From an uncultured Chloroflexia bacterium (GTDB lineage: Bacteria > Chloroflexota > Limnocylindria > Limnocylindrales > CSP1-4), in assembly GCA_963734895.1 (NCBI GenBank), contig CAVTIN010000001.1, positions 18,990 to 82,989 on the forward strand: a stretch of DNA of 64,000 nucleotides. The letters are read 5' to 3'. The translations under genes were made by a program, and so were the position numbers. The stretch's first letter is position 1; each line of letters starts with the position of its first letter. Below, in pieces: positions 33,945 to 43,263 of the stretch. The notes below the pieces were generated by a model. The model saw only the letters and a program-made list of their open reading frames with translations. It did not search any database and was not told the DNA's origin.

Positions 33945-33976
33945 GGCGATCTCAGTCCTGCGGGACTGGAATCGCC
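33945..33976. repeat. REP-like imperfect palindrome, copy 3
   Basis: GGCGATCTCAGTCC-TGCG-GGACTGGAATCGCC. Confidence 0.8.
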
Positions 33977-34024
33977 GAGAATGAGCGGCCCGGCTGGCCG
34001 ACCTCGCTCCGCAGTGGGCCGGGG

Positions 34025-34735
34025 ATGAAGGCGTTCGTCGATCTCCACTGTCATACGAGCGCGAGCTTCGACTCTCTCGCGTCGCCGGAGGCGGTCGTCC
34101 GGGCGGCCATCAAGCGTGGACTGACGCACCTCGCGATCACCGACCATGATCGGATCGACGGTGCGCTCCGGGCGAGGGATGCAGCGGGCGCAGACCTGAC
34201 CGTGATCATCGGCGAGGAGATCCGGACCGCGGACGGGGACCTGATCGCGCTGTTTCTCGAGCGCGCGGTGGCGCCGGGCCGGCCGGCCGCCGAGACGATC
34301 GCGGACATCCGGGCCCAGGGCGGCCTGGTCGGGATCCCGCACCCGTTCGACCGCTATCGTGGCTCGATGCTCAAGGACCCCAGGCTCGAGAGCCTGGCGA
34401 CAGCGGTGGACTGGGTCGAGGCCCACAATGCGCGCGTGGTGGCCGGCAGCGGCAACGAGCGAGCGGCGGCGTTCGCGCGCGAGCACGGGCTGCCCGGCGT
34501 CGCGGTCTCCGACGCGCATAGCGCCGTCGAGGTCGGCGTCGCCTATTCCGTCATCGACGGCGACCCCTCGACGCCCGAGGGCCTCCTCGCTGGGCTTGCT
34601 GCGCTCGAGCTCGTCCCGGGTCGTGCCTCGTACATCGTGCGCACGTTCACCCCGCTGGCCAAGATCGTGAACCGTGTCCGCGGCAACCGGCGCGTTCCGA
34701 CGACACCGGCCGGCCCGTCCGGCTCCGCGCGATGA
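34025..34735 (+). CDS. PHP-domain metal-dependent phosphoesterase
   Basis: DLHCHT, AITDHD, IPHPF, SDAH motifs. Confidence 0.92.
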   Translation: MKAFVDLHCHTSASFDSLASPEAVVRAAIKRGLTHLAITDHDRIDGALRARDAAGADLTVIIGEEIRTADGDLIALFLERAVAPGRPAAETIADIRAQGGLVGIPHPFDRYRGSMLKDPRLESLATAVDWVEAHNARVVAGSGNERAAAFAREHGLPGVAVSDAHSAVEVGVAYSVIDGDPSTPEGLLAGLAALELVPGRASYIVRTFTPLAKIVNRVRGNRRVPTTPAGPSGSAR

Positions 34736-35796
34736 GCGAGCCGCCCGTTCCCGATCGCGAGCGGGCCACCGACCAGGTGTCGCTGGGCGCCCGGCTTCGC
34801 CAGCCGCGGACCATCCTCTCGATCGTCGTGCCGCTCATCCTCGTGGTGCTCGTGTTCCGGGTTGCGCTCAACATCGACCTGAACGATCTTGTCGATGGTG
34901 TCTCGCGCTCGAACAAGCTGCTCCTGCTCGCCGGCTTCGCGATCTTCTACGTGGGGTTCCCGCTCCGGGGCCTCCGCTGGGCGATGCTGCTGCGTGGCAC
35001 CGGGTTCCGGATCGGGACCCGGGACGCGACCGAGATCCTGTTCCTGTCATGGCTCGTCAACTGCCTCGTCCCGGCCAAGCTGGGCGACGTCTATCGCGCC
35101 TACCTGCTCAAGATCAACAGCACCGTGTCGCTGTCGAGAACCTTCGGCACGGTGTTCATCGAGCGCTTCCTCGACCTGTTCGCGATCGCCATCCTCGGGC
35201 TGGCGGCAGGCTTCTGGAGCTTCCGCGACGGGTTCCCGCCCGAGATCCAGTTCGTGGTGGCGCTCGGCATCGGGGTGATCGTCCTCCTTGCGGTGCTGCT
35301 CATCACGTTGCGCAACTTCGGCCGGGAGATCCTGGTCCGGTTGCCCCTGCCGCACCGATTCCTCGACCTGTACGACCGGTTCGAGGAGGGCGTGTTCGGT
35401 GCCGTGCGCATGCGGTCGCTGCCGCCGCTCGTCGTCCTGACCGGGCTGATCTGGGCGACCGAGGGGATGCGGCTGTGGTTCGTCGTCCAGGCGCTCGGGT
35501 TCCAGGACGTCTCCCTCGGCCTGTCCGGCGCCTTCTTCGTGGCCCTGATCGGGTCGCTGCTGACCGCCGTCCCGCTCAGCCCGGCGGGGCTCGGGACCGT
35601 CGAGCTGGGGGTCGTCGGGGTCCTCACCCTGGCCTACGGGATCGCCAACCAGGAGGCCGGCACGATCGTCATCGTCGACCGCCTGATCAGCGTGTTCTCG
35701 ATCATCGTGATCGGCGGGATCGCCTACGCCTTGTCGTCGAAGCGCCGCGGGACGGGTCTGTCGCAGCCCGTGGAGGCCACGGTTCCGATCGCGTAG
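34732..35796 (+). CDS. Lysylphosphatidylglycerol synthase TM-domain (UPF0104, flippase-like) protein
   Basis: LRGLRW, PAKLGDVYR, ERFLD, PAGLGTVE motifs; multiple TM helices. Confidence 0.88.
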   Translation: MSEPPVPDRERATDQVSLGARLRQPRTILSIVVPLILVVLVFRVALNIDLNDLVDGVSRSNKLLLLAGFAIFYVGFPLRGLRWAMLLRGTGFRIGTRDATEILFLSWLVNCLVPAKLGDVYRAYLLKINSTVSLSRTFGTVFIERFLDLFAIAILGLAAGFWSFRDGFPPEIQFVVALGIGVIVLLAVLLITLRNFGREILVRLPLPHRFLDLYDRFEEGVFGAVRMRSLPPLVVLTGLIWATEGMRLWFVVQALGFQDVSLGLSGAFFVALIGSLLTAVPLSPAGLGTVELGVVGVLTLAYGIANQEAGTIVIVDRLISVFSIIVIGGIAYALSSKRRGTGLSQPVEATVPIA

Positions 35797-36045
35797 GGCG
35801 GACGCCGCCGATCGGCGGCGTGTGAGCCCGGGCAGCCACGTCGGTCATCGGGCGGGCGGCCACGGGACCCCGTACCCCGATTGGGTCATGCACAGACCGT
35901 GCGCGACCGCACCACACCGCATCCGCGTGGGGGCGGAGGGGCACCACCCTTCGGTACCAAAGAGGGATTGGGAACAGGTGCACTCACGAACGACACTTTG
36001 ATCGATCCCGCGCAAGGGTCGCGGGAGCCAAGCCCAAGGCGAGGC

Positions 36046-36609
36046 ATGACGACCCAGAACGCCCGCGCATTCAACGAGTGGCTCCGGGCACAGCTCAAGG
36101 CCAAGAAGATGTCGCAGCGCCAGCTGGCGCAGCAGTCGGGTGTCGACCATTCGACGATCTCCCGGCTGATCCGCGGAGACCGGATGCCGTCGCTGGGCAC
36201 GGCAACCAAGCTCGCCCGTGGGCTGCGGGAGATCCGCGATGACGCCGACACGTCCGTCGCGCTCGGTGTCGTCTCCGTGGGGCCGCAGAACCCGACCGCC
36301 CGGGTCGAGTACGCCCTGCGCGCCGACGAGGCTCTGTCGGAGCCGCAGGTCCGCCAGATCATGGAGTACTACCTGGCCATCCGCGTCCGGCGGTTCGGCC
36401 GATCCTATTCGCCGGTGGGGACGCCGGGCAATGGCTCCAACGGTTCCGGTGGCTCAAACGGATCCGGTGGGGGCACCGTGTATGGGCGAGCGGCGGTCGG
36501 CCAGGCCGGCGCAGCCGTCGTCGCACCCACGCTTCGAGCAGTCCCGTCCCGGTACGGCGCGCAGCGCCCGGCGGCCCGCCCGCCATACCGTCCGAACGGA
36601 CGACCATAG
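36046..36609 (+). CDS. XRE-family helix-turn-helix regulator with low-complexity tail
   Basis: MSQRQLAQQSGVDHSTISRLIRGDRMPS HTH; GAGG RBS before ATG 36046. Confidence 0.88.
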   Translation: MTTQNARAFNEWLRAQLKAKKMSQRQLAQQSGVDHSTISRLIRGDRMPSLGTATKLARGLREIRDDADTSVALGVVSVGPQNPTARVEYALRADEALSEPQVRQIMEYYLAIRVRRFGRSYSPVGTPGNGSNGSGGSNGSGGGTVYGRAAVGQAGAAVVAPTLRAVPSRYGAQRPAARPPYRPNGRP

Positions 36610-36728
36610 AACGCTTCCAGGGCACGACCTGAACGTCCCTCCACGTTCGGGTCTCGGGGACAGCGAACGCCGGCCTTCACGGGCCGGCGTTCGCGATTCC
36701 AGGGCCTCGCTCGGCGCCTTCGCGCCGT

Positions 36729-38333
36729 CTAGGGTGACGCCGGCGCATAGATCGAGATCACGCGCCGCGACCCCGCCTCGAACCGCTCCGCCAGGCGCAG
36801 ATCCGGGGCGTGGTCGGCGGTCCAGGCCGCCTCGGCCGCACCTCCGCATGGCAGGCCCACGACGTCGTCGAACAGCGGATCGCAGACCATGACAATGACG
36901 GCTGCGGCATCGTTGGTCGTCCCTTCGGCAAGCGGGGTGAGACCGCGTCGCTCGAGGGGGAACCGCAGGGCATCCGCCGATTTGAAGGGCGGGATGCCCA
37001 CCAGCGCCACGTCGGCGCCCTCCGGGGTGTCGGCCACGACCCGCGCCGCCGCCTCGTCCACCAGACGCCACCCGCCGTCGTCGGCGACGCGAGGCGGCCA
37101 TCCGAGGACCGCGCCGATGACGAGGACGGCGCCCAGCGCTCCTGCGAGGGCCGATGACGTCGACCAGCTGCCGCTGAGCGCTCCTGCAGGGGCCGGCGAC
37201 GCCCTGCGGCCGCCGCGTGCGACCACTGCCAGCCCGGCGCCCACCAGGGCGAGCACGAGGGGATCGAGGAAGGCGTGGTAATGATCGTTGGGCAGGCCCG
37301 GCGTCACGACGGCCAGCCCCGGCGCGAACATCGCGAGCGCCACGATGGACCAGGCCAGCGTCCCCAGCAGCCACCACGCGGCAACGGGCCGGCCGGATCC
37401 GGACCCGCTGGTGGTTCGCCGGGAGATCGCCAGCACACCCATCAGCGCGATGGCGATCACCACCACCGCGATCGTGACCCCGGGTCGATCCGTGATGAGC
37501 CCGGCCAGCGGCCAGGCGACGCTGCGCAGCCCCACCAGCGCGAGCCGCCCGGCAAGCCCGAGATCGCTCGAGCCACCCCCGCCGGACACGTAGGCGATGA
37601 TCGCCCGGGTCTCGGAGAAGTCATGCCCCAGCTCGTGGATCGCGAGGGGCACGTACCCCGCCATGATGATCAGCGCCGCCCCAAGGCCTGCCCGGAGCAG
37701 CGGCCCCAGGTCCTCGGCATCCCGCCGCCGTCGCCACACGTCGGCGAGGAACAGCAACAGCAGCGGCGGCAGCACGACCGCGCCCAGGATGTGGCACTGC
37801 ATCGTGACCATCGCACCGGCGCCCGAGAGCAGCCACCACCGCGGGGACCGCGCCTGCCAGGCACGGATCGCGCCGCCGAATGCGAGCGCGGCGGCGAGCG
37901 GGATCAGGTTCGGGTTCCAGATGAATGTCGACTCGTCGATCCCGGCGGGCGAGAGCGCGGCCAGGAGGGCGGCGGCCAGGCCGGCGAGCGAGCCGGCGAG
38001 CAGTCGACCGAGCCACCAGGTCGCGGCCACGGCGGCGATTCCGATCAGCGCGATCTCGCCCGTCACGGCGATGGGATCGGCGCCGGACAGCAGCGCCGCG
38101 GGCGCCAGGATGTAGTAATAGACCGCGCCGTGGTGGAACGTGCCGATCGACGTCCTCGGACCCAGCAGCGGCACCTCGCCGTCCACCACCAGGGCGCGGA
38201 GCACCAGCATGTCGTGGCCCTGGTCCGCATCCCAGCGACCACGCTCGTCGAGGCCCGGCAGCCGGAGCACCGCCGCCAGGGCGAGGATCGCAAGGAGGAA
38301 GAGCAGCTCGCGGCGCCCGGGCCTAGCCGGCAT
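36729..38333 (-). CDS. GT-C fold (ArnT/PMT-like, family 39) membrane glycosyltransferase
   Basis: First TM followed by DADQGHD acidic loop, LLGP, WNPN motifs; many TM helices. Confidence 0.8.
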   Translation of the reverse strand: MPARPGRRELLFLLAILALAAVLRLPGLDERGRWDADQGHDMLVLRALVVDGEVPLLGPRTSIGTFHHGAVYYYILAPAALLSGADPIAVTGEIALIGIAAVAATWWLGRLLAGSLAGLAAALLAALSPAGIDESTFIWNPNLIPLAAALAFGGAIRAWQARSPRWWLLSGAGAMVTMQCHILGAVVLPPLLLLFLADVWRRRRDAEDLGPLLRAGLGAALIIMAGYVPLAIHELGHDFSETRAIIAYVSGGGGSSDLGLAGRLALVGLRSVAWPLAGLITDRPGVTIAVVVIAIALMGVLAISRRTTSGSGSGRPVAAWWLLGTLAWSIVALAMFAPGLAVVTPGLPNDHYHAFLDPLVLALVGAGLAVVARGGRRASPAPAGALSGSWSTSSALAGALGAVLVIGAVLGWPPRVADDGGWRLVDEAAARVVADTPEGADVALVGIPPFKSADALRFPLERRGLTPLAEGTTNDAAAVIVMVCDPLFDDVVGLPCGGAAEAAWTADHAPDLRLAERFEAGSRRVISIYAPASP

Positions 38334-39288
38334 CAGCGTCCTCCGCGGGCGCGCTGCGGCCCTTCGCGCTGCGCGTGGCGAAGGCCGCCGGCGGCAGGGC
38401 CGGCAGGGACCGGCCGGCGGCGACGTCCAGGATCCGCCGGATGTTGACCGCGTCGTACCCGTCGTCCATGCCCGGGGTCTCCAGGTAGTAGATGACGTGG
38501 CCGATCGCCGGGTGCTCGAGGAACCGGCGCAGGCCGGCCGTGCCGATCTGTCCGGCGCCGATGTGCTCGTGCCGGTCCGAGCGCGATCCCCGCTCGCTGC
38601 GCGAGTCGTTGAGGTGGACCATCCGCAGCCGCTCGACCCCGATCGCGGCATCGAATGCCGCGATGACCTCGTCGACACCGGACGGATCGTCGATCGGATA
38701 GCCGGCGCCCCACAGGTGCGCCGTGTCGAAGCAGAACCCGATCCGCCCGCGATCCATGCCCACCCGGGTCAGCTCCGCGTCGACGGCCGCGAGCTCCTCG
38801 ATCGTGGAGCCCAGGCCGAACCCGCTGCCGGCACCGTTCTCGAGCACGATCGTGACACCTGGGGCCTCTTCGCCCAGCTGGTCGAGGGCGCGCCGTATCC
38901 CGTCCGCCAGGCGCGCGATGCCGGCCTCGACACCGGCACCCCGGTGCGATCCGACGTGCATGTTGAGGAAGCTCGCGCCGTACGCGTCGGCGACCCGGAG
39001 CTCGGAGGCGAGCAGGTCGACGGATCGGTCGAACGTCTCCGGGTCGGGCGTCGCAAGGTTCACGAGGTACGGGGCGTGGACCGACAGCGGCGCGATGTCC
39101 AGCGCCACCAGGCGGTCCCGGAACGCGCCCAGCTCATTCGGCAGCGACGGGCGCCGCCGCCACGACGTGGGGTTGTCGGTGAACACCTGGATCGCCGAGG
39201 CCCCGATCGTGGCAGCCCGATCCGCCGCGCGGACCATGCCGTGGCCGAGCGGAAGGTGCGCGCCGAGACGGCGGCCGTTGGGGAGCAT
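38323..39288 (-). CDS. nfo: Endonuclease IV
   Basis: LGAH, HAPYLVNLA, LENGAG, DTAHLW, HLNDS, DRHEHIG, LETP motifs. Confidence 0.95.
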   Translation of the reverse strand: MLPNGRRLGAHLPLGHGMVRAADRAATIGASAIQVFTDNPTSWRRRPSLPNELGAFRDRLVALDIAPLSVHAPYLVNLATPDPETFDRSVDLLASELRVADAYGASFLNMHVGSHRGAGVEAGIARLADGIRRALDQLGEEAPGVTIVLENGAGSGFGLGSTIEELAAVDAELTRVGMDRGRIGFCFDTAHLWGAGYPIDDPSGVDEVIAAFDAAIGVERLRMVHLNDSRSERGSRSDRHEHIGAGQIGTAGLRRFLEHPAIGHVIYYLETPGMDDGYDAVNIRRILDVAAGRSLPALPPAAFATRSAKGRSAPAEDADAG

Positions 39289-39350
39289 GCCCGAAGACTA
39301 GCCGAGCAATGGGCCGCCGCGAACTCCGTCGCGGCAGGGTCGCGGGTCGG

Positions 39351-39953
39351 TCAGCGGCGACCGCTCCTGGTACTCGATCCGCGGCGGTCCTGCGTGTACT
39401 CGCCGCCGACCACGGGCTCGATCAGACCGTAGTTGCCGTCCTTGCGTCGGTAGATGACGGCCACGTGCTCGTTCTCCGCGTTCACGAACACGTAGAAGTC
39501 ATGGCCCAGGTCGTCCATCGCGGCGACGGCGTCCTCCTCGAACATCGGCTCGATCGCGAACCGCTTGGTCTTGACGATCTGCCGCTCCTGTGTCGGCTCC
39601 GCGGTGCCGTCGGCGATCCGGCGGAGGATCGCCTTCTCCTCCTCCGGCCGGGCCCGGACGCGCGGCTTCTCCTTGTAGTCGACCGCCTGCCGCTCGACCT
39701 TGTCGACGACGACATCGAGGGCCGCCTGGTAGGAGCCGCCGGTCGCGCGACTGCGCAGCGTCCGGCCATCGATCACCAGGGTGACATCCACGATGTGCGC
39801 GTCAGCTGCGCTTCGGTGCGCCTCGTTGGACAGCTCCACGACGGCGTCCGACCGGTCATCGAGGAGCCGCTCGAGCTTCGTGAACTTGCGTTCCGCGTAC
39901 TGGCGGACCCTGTCCGGAACCTCGAGGTTCTTGCCCCTGACGATCGTCCTCAC
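39351..39953 (-). CDS. hpf: Ribosome hibernation promoting factor, long form
   Basis: IVRGKNLEV N-terminus, LGHDFYVF and YRRKDGNYGLI C-terminal domain; GTG with GGAGG RBS. Confidence 0.94.
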   Translation of the reverse strand: MRTIVRGKNLEVPDRVRQYAERKFTKLERLLDDRSDAVVELSNEAHRSAADAHIVDVTLVIDGRTLRSRATGGSYQAALDVVVDKVERQAVDYKEKPRVRARPEEEKAILRRIADGTAEPTQERQIVKTKRFAIEPMFEEDAVAAMDDLGHDFYVFVNAENEHVAVIYRRKDGNYGLIEPVVGGEYTQDRRGSSTRSGRR

Positions 39954-40095
39954 GGCTGACCTCCCGGCGCGTTGGGGCGCCTGGCTGCGGGGGCGGACGG
40001 GCGACGGTTGCGGCCCCGTCCGGAGCTCGAGTATAGCCGCGCCACCCCGACCGGCCGTCAGGGCCGCTCGTCCCTGTCGGCATGACCGATCCGTC

Positions 40096-40770
40096 CTACC
40101 GCTCGCGCGCAACGGTGATCGCGGACACCGCGAAGGCTCCGGCGCGGAGCAGCGCATCGGCTGACGCACACAACGTCGCGCCCGTCGTGACGACGTCATC
40201 CACGAGCAGGATCCACCGGCCGCGGATCGCTTCGACGCTCGCCGGCCGGACGCCGAAGGCATCGCCCACGTTGGCGGCCCGGTGGCGCCGATCGAGGCGG
40301 TACTGGGGCGCCGTGGCACGCGACCGCTCGAGCGCCGGCCTCCACTCCCGGCCGAGCGTGGCGGCCGCCGACGCCGCGATCAGCTCTGCCTGGTCATAGC
40401 CGCGTTCGGCTCGCCGGCGTGCGTGGACCGGCACGGGGACCACGATGTCGCCCCCGGCTCCGGCTCGTCGCCACCGGTCCGCGACGGCGGTGCCGATCGG
40501 CTGGGCGAGACGGCGTTCGCCCGAGTACTTGAGCGCGTGCAGCGCCCGGCGCACCGTTCCGCTGAACGGCGCGCACCACTCGAGCTGGAGCAGCGGATCC
40601 GGCGGCCCGTCGGCCAGCCCGAGCGGCGTGCCCGGTGGGAGGTCGCGTCGGACGTCCAGCGCGGGCCGGCAGCGGTCGCAGAGCGGCGGACCCTCCGCAC
40701 CACACCCCGGACACACGGCCGGCAGCGCCAGGTCGAGGAGACGGTTGATCGGTCGATGGAGGAGCGTCAT
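40096..40770 (-). CDS. comF: ComF family competence protein (Zn-finger plus PRTase-like)
   Basis: CPGC/CDRC, ALKY, VPVPVH, RGYDQA, LVDDVVTTGAT motifs. Confidence 0.92.
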   Translation of the reverse strand: MTLLHRPINRLLDLALPAVCPGCGAEGPPLCDRCRPALDVRRDLPPGTPLGLADGPPDPLLQLEWCAPFSGTVRRALHALKYSGERRLAQPIGTAVADRWRRAGAGGDIVVPVPVHARRRAERGYDQAELIAASAAATLGREWRPALERSRATAPQYRLDRRHRAANVGDAFGVRPASVEAIRGRWILLVDDVVTTGATLCASADALLRAGAFAVSAITVARER

Positions 40771-40847
40771 CGGCGGCATCATCCCCGCCGCCACTTATCG
40801 GCGACCAACCCGCGACGCCGCCCCCCGCGTTACGGGCGTTCACCATG

Positions 40848-41282
40848 TCAGGAGCGCTCGCGGATCTCCACGCGATCGCCCACGGCGGTCCCCGTCGCGT
40901 CGATCGTGCCGGCCGGGAGCTCGAGCACGCCATCGGCGCCCAGGACCAGCGGCACGAGGCCGATCCAGGCACGCAGCCGGCGGTGGACGGATCGCACCTT
41001 GCGCACGCCGTCGGCGCCGGGCCTGGACACGAACACCGCGTCGATCGGGAAGCGCATGAACATCATGTGGATCCCGTTGCTGGCGGGCAGCCACAGCCCG
41101 GAACCTGCCGCCAGCGAGGGCCGGCCCATCAGGCCCATGAACTTGGCCCACAGCGAGCCGGCGGTCTCGAGGCGCTCCGCGAGCACCACGTCGCGATCGA
41201 GGTTGCGCGCGATGCCGGTTGCCGCGGCGCCGGCGCCGCCAGATGCCGCCGCACCGCCGGTTGCCCCAGACCCGGCGTCCAG
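40848..41282 (-). CDS. DUF192 family protein; probable CTG start (first canonical start is GTG 41189)
   Basis: GLMGR, IHMMFMRFPIDAVF, VLELPAG motifs; frame stays open up to the tadC stop. Confidence 0.85.
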   Translation of the reverse strand: MDAGSGATGGAAASGGAGAAATGIARNLDRDVVLAERLETAGSLWAKFMGLMGRPSLAAGSGLWLPASNGIHMMFMRFPIDAVFVSRPGADGVRKVRSVHRRLRAWIGLVPLVLGADGVLELPAGTIDATGTAVGDRVEIRERS

Positions 41283-41284
41283 CG

Positions 41285-42217
41285 TCAGACCTTGAGGTTG
41301 ATCATGATCAGGATGATCGCCGGCCCCAGGATGACGATGAACAGCGACGGGAAGATGCAGCCCACGAGCGGGAACAGCATCTTGATCGGCGCCTTTGCGG
41401 CCATCGCCTCGGCGCGCTGACGGCGCTCGATCCGGAGCTGCTCCGACTGGACCTGGAGCACCTTGCTGATCGAGACCCCCAGCTGCTCGGCCTGGATGAT
41501 CGCCCCGATGAAGTTGGTCAAGGCGGAGACCTCGGTCCGCGGGACGATGTCGCGCAGCGCGTCACGTCGCGCCTTGCCCACCCGGATCTCAGCCAGCGCC
41601 CGCCGGAACTCCTCGGTCAGGGGTCCCTTGAGCTTTTCCACGACCTTGCCCAGCGCTCCGTCGAAGCCAAGGCCGGCGCGCACGGAGATCGTGAGCAGGT
41701 CGAGCGCGTCCGGGATCATCAGCAGGATCTGGTGCTGGCGCTTGCGCACCCGTCCGCCAAGCCAGAACTCCGGGATGGTGTAACCGAACATCAGGCCGAT
41801 CGGGATCATCACGAACCGCAGAACGAGGGGCAGCTCCATGAACCCGACGATCACGAACAACAGGAAGAACACGATCGCGCCGACGATGGCGCCCACGGCC
41901 TTGACGCCCAGCCAGTCGGCCGTGCGGAGACCGCCGGGGTTGCCCGCGAGCGCGAGGCGCTTCTCGGTCTGCTGGGTGAACGACGTGCTGGTGATGCCGG
42001 ACACGAACCCCGACAGACGGGCTGCCAGCGGCTTGAGCGTCCGGTCGACCAGCGGCTGCTGGAGCTCGAGCTCTTCCAGGTTCTTCGCCTGCATGGTCCC
42101 GAGCTGGGTCAGGCGAGCCTGCACAGGGTCAACGGGGCCGCTGCCGACGAGACCGAGGATGATCAGGAGGACCGCACCCGCGGCGACCGCGGCGATAAGG
42201 AGGGCGATGGGGTCCAT
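41285..42217 (-). CDS. tadC: Tad pilus platform protein (T2SSF family)
   Basis: PDALDLL, AGLGFD, QAEQLG, KMLFPLV motifs. Confidence 0.92.
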   Translation of the reverse strand: MDPIALLIAAVAAGAVLLIILGLVGSGPVDPVQARLTQLGTMQAKNLEELELQQPLVDRTLKPLAARLSGFVSGITSTSFTQQTEKRLALAGNPGGLRTADWLGVKAVGAIVGAIVFFLLFVIVGFMELPLVLRFVMIPIGLMFGYTIPEFWLGGRVRKRQHQILLMIPDALDLLTISVRAGLGFDGALGKVVEKLKGPLTEEFRRALAEIRVGKARRDALRDIVPRTEVSALTNFIGAIIQAEQLGVSISKVLQVQSEQLRIERRQRAEAMAAKAPIKMLFPLVGCIFPSLFIVILGPAIILIMINLKV

Positions 42218-42220
42218 ACG

Positions 42221-43237
42221 CTAGACCTCGATGTCGACGATTTTGCGGATAAGCATGAAGCCGATGAACATCGCGAACCCGCCGATCGCGAGGATGATCA
42301 CGCCGGCCGGCAGGCCGATGACCGACACGCGGTCATCGAACATGGGCGACATGAAGTTGGGCGCGGCAATGAACAGGAAGCCGGCCAGGCCGATCGGCAG
42401 GAAGCCGACGACGTAGCCCGACAGTCGCTGCTGAGCCGTCAGGGTGTTGATCTCGCCCTTGATCCGGACGCGCTCGCGGATGGTGAACGCGATCGAGTCG
42501 AGGATCTCGGCGAGGTTGCCGCCGACGGTGTGCTGGATCGAGATCGCGGTGGCCATCAGCTCCAGGTCGTCCGAGCGGACGCGGCGCACCATGTTCTCGA
42601 GCGCGGTGTCGAAGGCCAGCCCCAGGTTGACCTCGCGGATCACCCGGCCGAACTCCGTGGAGATCGGCGGGCGGGACTCGCGCACCACCAGCTCGATGGC
42701 CTGGAGGAACGAGGACCCGGCACGCAGCGCGTTGGCGATCAGCGTGATCGTGTCCGGCAGCTGCTTGTTGAACGAATTGAGCCGGCCCGACTTGCGGCGC
42801 CCCAGCCAGAAGCGCGGCAGCATGAACCCGATCAGCACGCCCACCAGGAGGACGATCGGGTTTCGCAGCGTGGGAACGCCGAGCGACAGGATGATCATCA
42901 GGAACGGGACGCCAAGCGTGGTCCCCGCCCACAGCACCAGGTACTCGGAGACCTTCAGGCGCAGATCGGCCCGCGCGATCTCGCGGGCGAGGTTCGCCCC
43001 GAAGTCGCGCTCCTCGACGACCCGGTTGAGCGACGCCAGCGCCACGCTGGACTGGATCGCGTCGGCAAGGCCCCCCTGGCCTCCTTCGACAACGGGCTTC
43101 TCCTGGCGGCCGGAGGCGTATCGCTCGAGGCGAGCGTTCACACCGGAGCCGCCGCCGGACATCGCCACGCCCACGGCGATCAGCAGGATCGCGAGGGCTG
43201 CGACGCCGGCGATAGCGATCGTCATGGTCATGTCCAC
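42221..43237 (-). CDS. tadB: Tad pilus platform protein (T2SSF family)
   Basis: QLPDTITLIANALRAG, GGNLAEILD, IRER, TAQQRLS motifs. Confidence 0.92.
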   Translation of the reverse strand: MDMTMTIAIAGVAALAILLIAVGVAMSGGGSGVNARLERYASGRQEKPVVEGGQGGLADAIQSSVALASLNRVVEERDFGANLAREIARADLRLKVSEYLVLWAGTTLGVPFLMIILSLGVPTLRNPIVLLVGVLIGFMLPRFWLGRRKSGRLNSFNKQLPDTITLIANALRAGSSFLQAIELVVRESRPPISTEFGRVIREVNLGLAFDTALENMVRRVRSDDLELMATAISIQHTVGGNLAEILDSIAFTIRERVRIKGEINTLTAQQRLSGYVVGFLPIGLAGFLFIAAPNFMSPMFDDRVSVIGLPAGVIILAIGGFAMFIGFMLIRKIVDIEV

Positions 43238-43263
43238 GAGCGAATTCTCCCCGTCCTGGTCGG

